In this document: positions 1 to 7,232 of the stretch, piece after piece
Numbering within the stretch: position 1 is the first letter of the stretch
Layout of the letters: each line of letters opens with the position of its first letter
Assembly: GCA_031459875.1 (NCBI GenBank)
Contig: JAVKHQ010000057.1
Location: 1 to 11,523 of the forward strand
Reading direction: 5' to 3'
DNA length: 11,523 bases
Source: Candidatus Fervidifonticultor sextus
Lineage (GTDB): Bacteria > Sysuimicrobiota > Sysuimicrobiia > Sysuimicrobiales > Humicultoraceae
Position numbers and translations under genes: made by a program
Notes under the pieces: generated by a model
The model's database searches: none
What the model was told of the DNA's origin: nothing
Seen by the model: the letters and a program-made list of their open reading frames with translations, nothing else

Positions 1-238
1 CCACGACGGAGGCGAGGTACTCCTCCAGGAGCGGATCGTCGTACACGCGCGCCCGCTTGAGGAGCGCCGCCTCCTCCCGCTCGGCGCGCGCCCAGAGCTC
101 GCGCTCGTCCGCCTCCGGCCGGAACGGGACGCCCCCCGCGCCCATGGGCGGCACCTGGCGCGAGGCGCAGGCCGTGGCGAGCAGGCTCGCCGCCAGCCAC
201 GCGGCCAGGACCCGGGCGCCCCGAGACCGAACCCCCAT
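1..238 (-). CDS. Probable M48-family metallopeptidase lipoprotein, N-terminal part (runs off the left edge)
   Basis: Not in the ORF track. Manual translation from ATG at 238: MGVRSRGARVLAAWLAASLLATACASRQVPPMGAGGVPFRPEADERELWARAEREEAALLKRARVYDDPLLEEYLASVV. Basic N-terminus, hydrophobic stretch and lipobox-like LATA-C. 'YDDPLLEEYL' resembles the N-terminal helix of BepA/M48 peptidases. HExxH is not within the window. Alternative in-frame GTG at 247. Confidence 0.7.
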   Translation of the reverse strand, partial: MGVRSRGARVLAAWLAASLLATACASRQVPPMGAGGVPFRPEADERELWARAEREEAALLKRARVYDDPLLEEYLASVV

Positions 239-249
239 CGGCGGCACTC

Positions 250-255
250 AGTCTA
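250..255 (-). promoter_or_regulatory. Possible -10 element (TAGACT) for the M48-like gene
   Basis: TAGACT fits TAnnnT and lies 11 nt upstream of the ATG at 238. No Shine-Dalgarno or clear -35 is visible. Confidence 0.3.
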
Positions 256-414
256 CCCCTCGGCGGGCGTGCCGGCGAGCCCACCAACCCCGCGGGGTCA
301 CCCAGGCCCACGGCCGGCGAGCCGCAGCGCGGTCCGGTCAGCCTGTCGACGCCTGGCGGGATGGCGCCCGGCTGCGGTCCGGCGGTTCAGCCGCCTCGGC
401 GGCCGAGCACCCGG

Positions 415-1035
415 CTACCGCCGCGCGACACCGATCGGGGGGCAGTCGTTCATGCACCGGACGGCCCGGACATCTGGCCGGTCGTCCAGCACGAAGCCGT
501 CACGGTTGGGCATCCTGACCAGGGGCAGGCTCTGGGCATCCATGACCGCCGTCTCCGGAATCAGCCCGTTCAGGAAGAGAATGTAGGCCGACACCGCGTA
601 GATCTCGTCGCTTGTCAGTGAGCCTGGCCGATCCATCGGCATCGTGCGCCGGATGTAATCGAACAGGATCGGCGCGTAGGGGTACATGCTCCCCGGGGTC
701 AGGATCCGCCGATCGGTCATGAACGAGTTGATCCCGCCGACCATCGTGCCGTACATGCTGCCGCCTTGCGCCTTCTCGCCGTGACAGGCGATGCACTTCG
801 CCTCGTAGACCTTCTGGCCCTCGGCGACGGAGCCGCGGCCCGGCGGCAGCCCGGCGCCGTCCGACGTGCGAATGTCGATGTTCCACGGGGCGATCGCCTG
901 TTCCGTGATCGGGCGTCCAAAGCCGGCGCGCGGGCGCCCGACCTGAGGCTCCTGGGCCAGCCCCGCCGTGGTCATGAGGGCGATACTCCCGGCGACCAGG
1001 CCGACGAGCGCGCGGCGACACCTAAGCGACGGCAT
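415..1035 (-). CDS. soxD: SoxD-like monohaem cytochrome c (partner of the molybdoenzyme)
   Basis: Sec-type signal peptide (..AGLA/QE), single CIACH haem motif, WNIDI..DGAGLPPGRGSV, PYA..LFDYIRRTMP with a candidate axial Met, MPNRDGF and C-terminal CMNDC, all typical of SoxD. Overlaps the soxC stop by 14 nt. SD GGAGGTGA at 1046-1039. Confidence 0.88.
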   Translation of the reverse strand: MPSLRCRRALVGLVAGSIALMTTAGLAQEPQVGRPRAGFGRPITEQAIAPWNIDIRTSDGAGLPPGRGSVAEGQKVYEAKCIACHGEKAQGGSMYGTMVGGINSFMTDRRILTPGSMYPYAPILFDYIRRTMPMDRPGSLTSDEIYAVSAYILFLNGLIPETAVMDAQSLPLVRMPNRDGFVLDDRPDVRAVRCMNDCPPIGVARR

Positions 1036-2329
1036 TCGTCACCTCCCCGTTTGACTTGACCTCCCAGGGGAAGATCCCGTTGTGGTGCTGCACGAAGCCG
1101 GTCACGGCCCGCACTCGGGCGAGCTCCTCGACGGTCGGCTGCACGTACCCCGTGCTGTCCACCGCTCGGCTGGCGAGCTTCGCCGGCCGCCCGTCCCAGC
1201 GCCAGCGGTAGCGGAACAGCGTCAGGCAGCGCTCCAGGATCGGCGGCTCCAGCGTTGCCGGCTCCCAGTGGCGGCCGCCGTCCACGGTGACGTCGACGGC
1301 GGTGATGGCGCCGTTTCCGGACCACGCGAAACCGCGGATCTCGTACAGCCCAGGGCCGGGCAGCTTCATGCCGCCGGAGGGATAGGTGATGACCGATTTG
1401 CACTCCATCACGAAGCTGAACTGCCGCCACTTGCCCCCCGGCAGCGGATCCGTGTAGCGCGCCGTCTCGCTGCGGAAGAACGCGGGGCGATCCACCACCT
1501 TGATGCGGCGGAGCCACTTGACGGACACGTTGCCCTCCCACCCGGGGAGCAGCAGTCGCAACGGATAGCCGTTCTCCTCGCGGAGCGCCTCGCCGTTCAT
1601 CCCGTAGACCAGCAAGGCGTCATCCATCACCTTCTGCAGCGGGATCGAGCGCGTGTGGACGGCGCCGTCCGCGCCCTCGAAAATCACCCAGCTTGCCCCG
1701 GGCTGGAGCCCCGCCTCGTCGAGCAGCCACGCGGCCGGAATGCCGGTCCACTGCGCGCACGACAGCAGGCCGTGGCTCTGTTGCACGGTCGTGGAGGCCG
1801 CCTTGATCCAGTCCGTCAGCGTGTTGCCCGAGCATTCCAGGAAGTAGAAGCGGGACACGGCCGGATACCGCATGAGGTCACTCATGGTGAAGACCAGCGG
1901 CCGCTTGACCATCCCGTGAATGACCAGTCGATGCCGCTCGGGGTCGATCGACGGCGTCCCGGCGTGGTGCCGCTCAAAAAAGACCCCATTCGGGGTCACG
2001 ATCCCGTGCTGGTACTGCAACGGGCTCATGCTCCAGTCCGACCAGTTCTGCCGATTGACAAAGACATCGCTCCGTCGGCGCACCACCCTCGCCTCGTACT
2101 TCGAGGGCAGGCCGTACATCTCAGCCGGGATCGGGCGCCCCATGGTCCGCGTCCATTCGGGAACTTCCAGCGGCTCGGTGACGGGGGCGGGTTGCGCGAA
2201 CGCGCGCCGAACGCCGCTGATGGCGCCGGTGAGCGTCGCGCCCATGAGGGCGGCGCCACTGCGGAGAAAGGTCCGCCGCCCGGCTGATCGTGGCGGGGCG
2301 GAAGGTGGACCTGGGGGTCGGTCGCTCAT
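1022..2329 (-). CDS. soxC: SoxC-like sulfite-oxidase-family molybdoenzyme (sulfane/sulfite dehydrogenase), Tat-exported
   Basis: Twin-arginine GRRTFL with AFA/Q cleavage site, FERHHAG, Mo-ligating Cys in FLECSGN, HGLLSCAQWTG, NGEALREENGYPLRL, PGWEGNVSVKWLRRI, GFAWSG and DSTGYVQPT. ATG at 2329 (in-frame GTG at 2332) follows SD GAGGAGGG. Confidence 0.9.
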   Translation of the reverse strand: MSDRPPGPPSAPPRSAGRRTFLRSGAALMGATLTGAISGVRRAFAQPAPVTEPLEVPEWTRTMGRPIPAEMYGLPSKYEARVVRRRSDVFVNRQNWSDWSMSPLQYQHGIVTPNGVFFERHHAGTPSIDPERHRLVIHGMVKRPLVFTMSDLMRYPAVSRFYFLECSGNTLTDWIKAASTTVQQSHGLLSCAQWTGIPAAWLLDEAGLQPGASWVIFEGADGAVHTRSIPLQKVMDDALLVYGMNGEALREENGYPLRLLLPGWEGNVSVKWLRRIKVVDRPAFFRSETARYTDPLPGGKWRQFSFVMECKSVITYPSGGMKLPGPGLYEIRGFAWSGNGAITAVDVTVDGGRHWEPATLEPPILERCLTLFRYRWRWDGRPAKLASRAVDSTGYVQPTVEELARVRAVTGFVQHHNGIFPWEVKSNGEVTNAVA

Positions 2330-2335
2330 CACACG

Positions 2336-2343
2336 CCCTCCTC
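2336..2343 (-). promoter_or_regulatory. Shine-Dalgarno of soxC
   Basis: GAGGAGGG, 6 nt upstream of the ATG at 2329. Confidence 0.75.
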
Positions 2344-2367
2344 TGGTCCGATCAATCGAGCAGGTCG

Positions 2368-2397
2368 TGGATACACCCCGAGGTTGGGCGCTGTCAA
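2368..2397 (-). promoter_or_regulatory. Candidate sigma70 promoter for soxCD
   Basis: Perfect TTGACA (2397-2392), 18-nt spacer, then a weak -10 TATCCA (2373-2368) in the SDR-soxC intergenic gap. Confidence 0.5.
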
Positions 2398-2478
2398 GCG
2401 GAGTTGGCGGCGCCGCGGGCCGCCATCCGGTCCCAAGCGAGCGTCAGCGCCTTCCACTCCGGCGCAATCCGCCGCGGC

Positions 2479-3270
2479 TCAGAGCAGGCTCTGGCGGGAG
2501 CCGCCGTCGACCTGGATCGTGGTGCCGGTGATGAACGACCCGCGTGGCGAGACGAGCAGCGCCACCAGGGCCGCGATATCGTCGGGGGTGCCCAGCCGGC
2601 CCAGCGGGATGCTGCGCGTGAGGTCGGCGATGAAGGTGTCGAAGGACCGCCCCTCCATCTCAGCCTGTTGGCGGAACACCTTTTCGAGTCGCGTGGTGTT
2701 GATGAAGCCGGGGCAGATCGTGTTGAGCGTGATCCGGTCGGCCGCCAGTTCGAGCGAGAGGGTCTTGCTGAGTCCGATGACGCCGGCCCAAGTCGCCACC
2801 GACAGGCCAAAGCCCACCATCGGTTGGATCACCGAGAGGCCCGTGATGTTCACGATGCTACCCCCGCCAGCACGGCGCATGTGTGGCGTCACCAGGCGGA
2901 TCATGCGGACGACCGACATCAGGTTCTGCTCCACCGCCCGCCGCCACGCCTCGTCGTCGAAGTCCGCCAGCCGCCCGATCGGCGGCGCCCCGTCGTTGTT
3001 GACGAGGGCGTGGATGGTCCCGAAGCACCGGATCGCCGTCGCCACCACTCGCTCGTGATCCTCGAGCTTCCGCACGTCCGCAGGCACCGGCTCGACCTCG
3101 GCCCCGGTCTCTGCCCGGATGCGCTGCGCGGCTTCGGACAGGGCCGGGTCGCGACGGGCAGTGATCACGAGCCGGGCACCCTCGGCGGCGAGCAGGTGCG
3201 CGATCCCATAGCCGATGCCCTGGCTGGCACCGCCCACGATGACCACCCGGCCACGGAGTCCCAGGTCCAC
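2479..3270 (-). CDS. Atypical short-chain dehydrogenase/reductase (BKR-like SDR), 263 aa
   Basis: GTG at 3270 gives MDLGLRGRVVIVGGASQGIG (Rossmann glycine motif), 1 nt after the upstream stop. Also LVNNDG, ICPGFINT, IPLGRLGTPDDIA and GTTIQVDGG. YxxxK is replaced by SVATW. The ORF-track start at 3306 overlaps the upstream gene and is less likely. Confidence 0.9.
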   Translation of the reverse strand: MDLGLRGRVVIVGGASQGIGYGIAHLLAAEGARLVITARRDPALSEAAQRIRAETGAEVEPVPADVRKLEDHERVVATAIRCFGTIHALVNNDGAPPIGRLADFDDEAWRRAVEQNLMSVVRMIRLVTPHMRRAGGGSIVNITGLSVIQPMVGFGLSVATWAGVIGLSKTLSLELAADRITLNTICPGFINTTRLEKVFRQQAEMEGRSFDTFIADLTRSIPLGRLGTPDDIAALVALLVSPRGSFITGTTIQVDGGSRQSLL

Positions 3271-3271
3271 G

Positions 3272-4144
3272 TCAGCGCCCGCGGTCGCCGAACAAGCGCT
3301 CGGCATTCCGGTAGAAGACCTTGTCCAGGACGTCGTCCGGGTAGCCCTCGGCCTGCCAGTCGGCGAGCAGTCGCTCGTACGTAAACAGGGGGTAGTCAGC
3401 GCCGAACATCACCCGGTCCTGCAACCGGCCCCGGATCTCGGCCTTGAGCTCAGGCGTGAAGTACCGCGGCGACCAGCCGTGGAGTTCGTACCAGACGTTC
3501 GGCTTATGCAGCAGGATGGCGATCATCTCCGACTGCCAGGGCCAGGCCGGCCGCGAGGCGACAATCGTGAGGTCGGGGTAGGTGGCCGCCACCTCGTCCA
3601 CGTGGCGCGGGTGGCTGAACTCCAGGCGCACGCCGGCGCCGCCGGGTCGCCCGGCCCCCAGGCCCGTCGTGCCCACCATGATGAGCACGGGCAGCCGGGC
3701 CTCCACGCACAGCTCGTAGAGCGGCTTGTAGGCAGGGTCGCTGGCTGCCACATTGAGGCCGGCGCCCGGCACCGCCAGCCCGACGAACCCCGCGCTCCGG
3801 GCCAGGCAGCGCGCCAGCTCCTCGACCCCGTCACGCCCGGTCCGGGGGTCGACGTGGATCCAGTTGCCGAAGATCACGTCGGGGTAGCGGCGCTGGGTGT
3901 CCAGCGCGTAGTCGTGGAGCGCCCGCACCTCCTCGAGCGGACCCGGGGCGCGGACGCCGAGGTCGAGGATGGCGCGCACCCGGTGGGCTCTGAAATGCTC
4001 GACCATCTCGGCCTCGGTGACGTACCGGGGCTTCGAGCGAAACACGCGCTCCTGCTGAGCAAGCTCCTCTGGGGTTTGGAAGGGATAGCCGCGCCGGGTC
4101 CCCCAGTGAGAGTGCACGTCGAAGATGCGGGCCGGCCGGCTCAT
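3272..4144 (-). CDS. Amidohydrolase-2 family protein, CouO-like (beta-ketoacyl-CoA hydrolase-like)
   Basis: N-terminal DVHSH, G..GLGAG.PGG.G.RL, P.WPWQ.E, HKPNV, GWSPRYF and MFGADYP resemble the CouO-type subfamily as I recall it. ATGA overlap with the ligase stop. Confidence 0.85.
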   Translation of the reverse strand: MSRPARIFDVHSHWGTRRGYPFQTPEELAQQERVFRSKPRYVTEAEMVEHFRAHRVRAILDLGVRAPGPLEEVRALHDYALDTQRRYPDVIFGNWIHVDPRTGRDGVEELARCLARSAGFVGLAVPGAGLNVAASDPAYKPLYELCVEARLPVLIMVGTTGLGAGRPGGAGVRLEFSHPRHVDEVAATYPDLTIVASRPAWPWQSEMIAILLHKPNVWYELHGWSPRYFTPELKAEIRGRLQDRVMFGADYPLFTYERLLADWQAEGYPDDVLDKVFYRNAERLFGDRGR

Positions 4145-5772
4145 GCCGGAGCGCCCTGGCGGCGGGCCAGCACCTGCCGGACGAGGACGTGGCGCTGGAT
4201 CTTACCGGTCGGCGTAAAGGGGAACTCGTCGAAGATCTCAAGCTCCTCAGGGAGCTTGTACGTCGCCACGCTGTCCTTGAGGTAGTCCACCAGCTCCTGG
4301 AGCGAGGGCCGCTCCCCAGGGCGGGGGATCAGGCAGAGGCAGTTCCGCTCCCCGAGCCGGGGATCGGGCAGCCCGACGATGGCCGCGTGCAGGACCTTGG
4401 GGTGGGTATAGAGGATCTCCTCGATCTCGCGCGGGAAGAACTTCTTCCCGCCGCGGTTGATCATCTCCTTGAGACGGCCGACGATCCGCACGTTGCCGGC
4501 CGCGTCCTGCTGGCCCAGGTCGCCGGTGCGGAACCAGCCGTCGGGGGTGAACAGCTCGGCATTGGCGGCCGGGTTCTTGTGGTAGCCAAGGTGGACGGAC
4601 GGTCCCTCGGCCGCGATCTCGCCCTCGGCACCGGTCGGCACGTCGCGGCCGTGCGCGTCGATCAGCCGCAGCCCCATGCCAGGCGCCGGGCGGCCGATCG
4701 TGCCCGTCACCGCCTCAGGGTCGTCGGTGAGCCGCGTGAAGGTGTGGAAGCCGGTCTCGAGCATCCCGTAGAGCTCGATCAGATGGCCGGGCACCCGGGC
4801 CCGGAAGGCCCGGAGCGTCTCCACCGGACAGGAGGCACCGCCGGTGATCACCACCCGCAGCGAGGAGAGGTCGAAGCGGGAGAGGTCCGGGTCGTTGAGC
4901 ATGGCAATCAGGGAGGCGGGCGCGCTGGGGATGAACGTCACCCGCTCCCGCTCGATGAGCTCCAGCGCCGCCCGAGCGCTGAAGCGGTCGAGCAGCACCG
5001 CCCGCCCACCGACCATGATTGCCTGGAGTAAGGTCAGGTAGCCCCAGTTGAGGCCGAGCGGCAGGTAGATCAGGAAGACGTCGTCCTCGGTGACGGCCAT
5101 GGCCTCGTTGAGGATCCGGCAGGTCGAGAGCGTCGTGTTGAAGCTGTGCATTACCCCCTTGGGGTTTCCGGTCGTCCCCGAAGTGAAGGCCATACGCATG
5201 ACCTCGTTGGCGCTCATGGCGTGGGGGCGGAGGTCAGGCAGGGGCTTGGCGCCGGCCAGCACGTCGTCGAGCGACGCGGGGACAGCGCGGCCGGCGCCGC
5301 CCAGCACCCACACCGACCGGAGGTCGGGCAGGCGGGGCAAGAGCTCGTTGACCATGGCCACGTAGTCGAAGCCCTTGAACGAGGCCGGGCACACGAACAC
5401 CCGGCTCTCCGAGAACCGCAAGATGTACTCGACCTCACGCGCGCGATAGTCGGGGCCGATCTGGTTGGCCACGGCGCCGACCCGCTCGCAGGCGAAAAAG
5501 ACGGCGGCGAACTCCGCCCAGTTGGGAAGCTGGATCGTCACCACGTCGCCGGGCTCGACGCCGAGCGCAGCTAGCCCTGCGGCGACGCGGTCGACCAGGG
5601 TCCGGAGTTCGCCGTAGGTGACGCGCGCCCGGTGGTCTACGATGGCCACGCGCTCGGGGTGGGCGGCAGCCCGGCGGGCCAGGGTGTCGTAAAAGGTCTC
5701 GGTGCCCCAGTGGCCGGACCGCGTGTAGCGGTCGATCAGTTCGGGCGTCAGACGCGTCTGGAACCGCGGCAT
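4141..5772 (-). CDS. ANL-superfamily acyl/aryl-CoA ligase (AliA/FadK/DhbE-like)
   Basis: P-loop FTSGTTGNPKG, YGMLETG, GWFRTGDLG, GRLKEMINRGG, PDPRLGE and catalytic Lys in TPTGKIQR. The N-terminal 'RYTRSGHW' is typical of AliA/DhbE-like ligases. SD AGGAGG overlaps the upstream stop. Confidence 0.93.
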   Translation of the reverse strand: MPRFQTRLTPELIDRYTRSGHWGTETFYDTLARRAAAHPERVAIVDHRARVTYGELRTLVDRVAAGLAALGVEPGDVVTIQLPNWAEFAAVFFACERVGAVANQIGPDYRAREVEYILRFSESRVFVCPASFKGFDYVAMVNELLPRLPDLRSVWVLGGAGRAVPASLDDVLAGAKPLPDLRPHAMSANEVMRMAFTSGTTGNPKGVMHSFNTTLSTCRILNEAMAVTEDDVFLIYLPLGLNWGYLTLLQAIMVGGRAVLLDRFSARAALELIERERVTFIPSAPASLIAMLNDPDLSRFDLSSLRVVITGGASCPVETLRAFRARVPGHLIELYGMLETGFHTFTRLTDDPEAVTGTIGRPAPGMGLRLIDAHGRDVPTGAEGEIAAEGPSVHLGYHKNPAANAELFTPDGWFRTGDLGQQDAAGNVRIVGRLKEMINRGGKKFFPREIEEILYTHPKVLHAAIVGLPDPRLGERNCLCLIPRPGERPSLQELVDYLKDSVATYKLPEELEIFDEFPFTPTGKIQRHVLVRQVLARRQGAPA

Positions 5773-5781
5773 GCGAACCTC

Positions 5782-6477
5782 CTAGAGTGTCAAGTAGCGG
5801 CTGCGGATCGCCGCCTCTTCCCGGCGGAACTGCTCCGGCGTCGCGTCGTACACGACGCGGCCCTTGACCATCACGAACAGCTGGTCGGCGACGACCTCGG
5901 CCAGCCGCAGGTTCTGCTCGACCAGCAGGATGCTCACCCCTTCCCCGGCCAGGACGCGGATCACGCGGGCCAGCTCGCGCACCACCAGCGGGGCCAAACC
6001 CTGCGAGGGCTCGTCAAGGAGTAGCAGGCGCGGGTCGGTGGCCAGCCCCCGGGCAATCGCCAGCATCTGCTGCTCACCGCCGCTCAGCTCGCGACCGCGG
6101 TGATGGAGGCGCTCGCGAAGCGCCGGGAACAGCTCGAGCAGCCGCGACAGCGGCCATCGGCCGGTGGGGCGCCGCTCGGCGATCCGGAGGTTCTCCTCGG
6201 CGGTGAGCGCGGGGAAGACCTGCCGCCCCTCGGGAACGTAGGCCACGCCGACCCGGGCTACCCGGTGGGGCGCCCAGCCGGTGATGTCGCGGCCGTCCAG
6301 GGTGACCCGCCCGCGCGTCGCCGGGACCAAGCCCATGATGGTCCGCAAGGTCGTCGTCTTGCCGACGCCGTTTCGGCCGAGGATGGCCGCGACGCCGCCG
6401 GCTGGGACCCGGAGCGTCACGCCGTGCAGCACGTGGCTCGCCCCATAGTGCGCCTCGAGGCCCTCGACCTGCAGCAT
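5782..6477 (-). CDS. livF: LivF-like ABC transporter ATP-binding subunit, 231 aa
   Basis: Real start MLQVEGLEAHYG at 6477 (TGATG overlap with the livG stop). Walker A GRNGVGKTT, signature LSGGEQQ, LLLLDEPSQGL, LLVEQN. Confidence 0.92.
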   Translation of the reverse strand: MLQVEGLEAHYGASHVLHGVTLRVPAGGVAAILGRNGVGKTTTLRTIMGLVPATRGRVTLDGRDITGWAPHRVARVGVAYVPEGRQVFPALTAEENLRIAERRPTGRWPLSRLLELFPALRERLHHRGRELSGGEQQMLAIARGLATDPRLLLLDEPSQGLAPLVVRELARVIRVLAGEGVSILLVEQNLRLAEVVADQLFVMVKGRVVYDATPEQFRREEAAIRSRYLTL

Positions 6478-7232
6478 CAGTCGAGCCCTCCGAGGTAAGC
6501 GGCTTGGACCTCGGGCTGGCGCTTGACCTCGGCCGGGAGCCCGTCCCCGATCACCCGGCCCTGGTGGAGGACCGTGATGCGGTCGGCCAGCGAGAAGACG
6601 ACCTCCATGTCGTGCTCGACCAGCAGGACGGTGAGGTTGCCCTCGGCCAGGAGGTCGCGCAGGATCTCGACAGTCCGGGCCGTCTCGTCCACGGACAGGC
6701 CTTGGGTCGGCTCGTCGAGGAGCAGCAGCTCCGGGCCCTGGGCCAGCGCCATGGCCACCTCCAACAGCCGCTGGTCCCCATGGGAGAGCAGTCCGGCAGG
6801 GACGTCGGCGACGTGCGCCAGGCCCACCCGCTCCAGCCAGCGGGCCGCAGTCCGGGCGGTCTCCGCGCGGACCGTCCGCGCGAACAGCGGCCGCCAACGC
6901 TGGCTCGAACGGGCCTGGGCGGCCAGCCGCACGTTCTCCAGGGCCGAAAGGCGACGGAAGAGCGCGGTAAGCTGGAACGTGCGCGATACGCCGCGCTGAC
7001 AGACCTGCCAGGGGGTGAGCCCGGTCAGCAGCTCCCCCTTGAAGATGACCCGGCCCCGGGTAGGCGCCAGCACTCCCGTCAGGACGTTGAAGAGGGTCGA
7101 CTTCCCGGCCCCGTTGGGGCCGATGACGGCGCGGATCTCGCCGCGCTCCACGGTCATGCACACCCCGTCCAGGGCGGCCAGCGCCCCGAAGGCCCGGCTG
7201 ACGTCGCGACACTCAAGATACGGGCTCGCCAT
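6477..7232 (-). CDS. livG: LivG-like ABC transporter ATP-binding subunit
   Basis: GPNGAGKST, SRTFQ, LSHGDQR, LLLLDEPTQG, VEHDM and C-terminal VQAAYLG. Confidence 0.93.
   Translation of the reverse strand: MASPYLECRDVSRAFGALAALDGVCMTVERGEIRAVIGPNGAGKSTLFNVLTGVLAPTRGRVIFKGELLTGLTPWQVCQRGVSRTFQLTALFRRLSALENVRLAAQARSSQRWRPLFARTVRAETARTAARWLERVGLAHVADVPAGLLSHGDQRLLEVAMALAQGPELLLLDEPTQGLSVDETARTVEILRDLLAEGNLTVLLVEHDMEVVFSLADRITVLHQGRVIGDGLPAEVKRQPEVQAAYLGGLD

Noticed and set aside
260..414. Short palindromes after soxD (ACCCCGCGGGGT, GGCGG-ttcag-CCGCC, CTCGG-cgg-CCGAG) as a terminator or ncRNA
   Set aside because: Stems of only 5-6 bp with no U-tract, common by chance in GC-rich DNA. No recognisable RNA family.
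57..621. Plus-strand ORFs 57-518, 269-586 and 361-621
   Set aside because: Low-complexity translations overlapping soxD and, for 57-518, the M48-like gene on the opposite strand.
1082..4285. Long plus-strand ORFs (1082-2287, 2290-3384, 2384-3058, 3215-4285)
   Set aside because: They lie antisense to well-supported genes and have no recognisable motifs. Stop-poor shadow frames are expected at this GC content.
4141..5772. Naming the ligase aliA/dhbE, or reading the locus as an NRPS or siderophore cluster
   Set aside because: No carrier protein, condensation domain, or bad/ali or isochorismate genes are present, and the pocket residues differ. Only the family-level call is supported.
5782..7212. 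476-aa ORF suggesting a LivG-LivF frameshift fusion
   Set aside because: The N-terminal half is an alternative frame of livG. The standard TGATG junction at 6477 explains both genes and no slippery site is evident.
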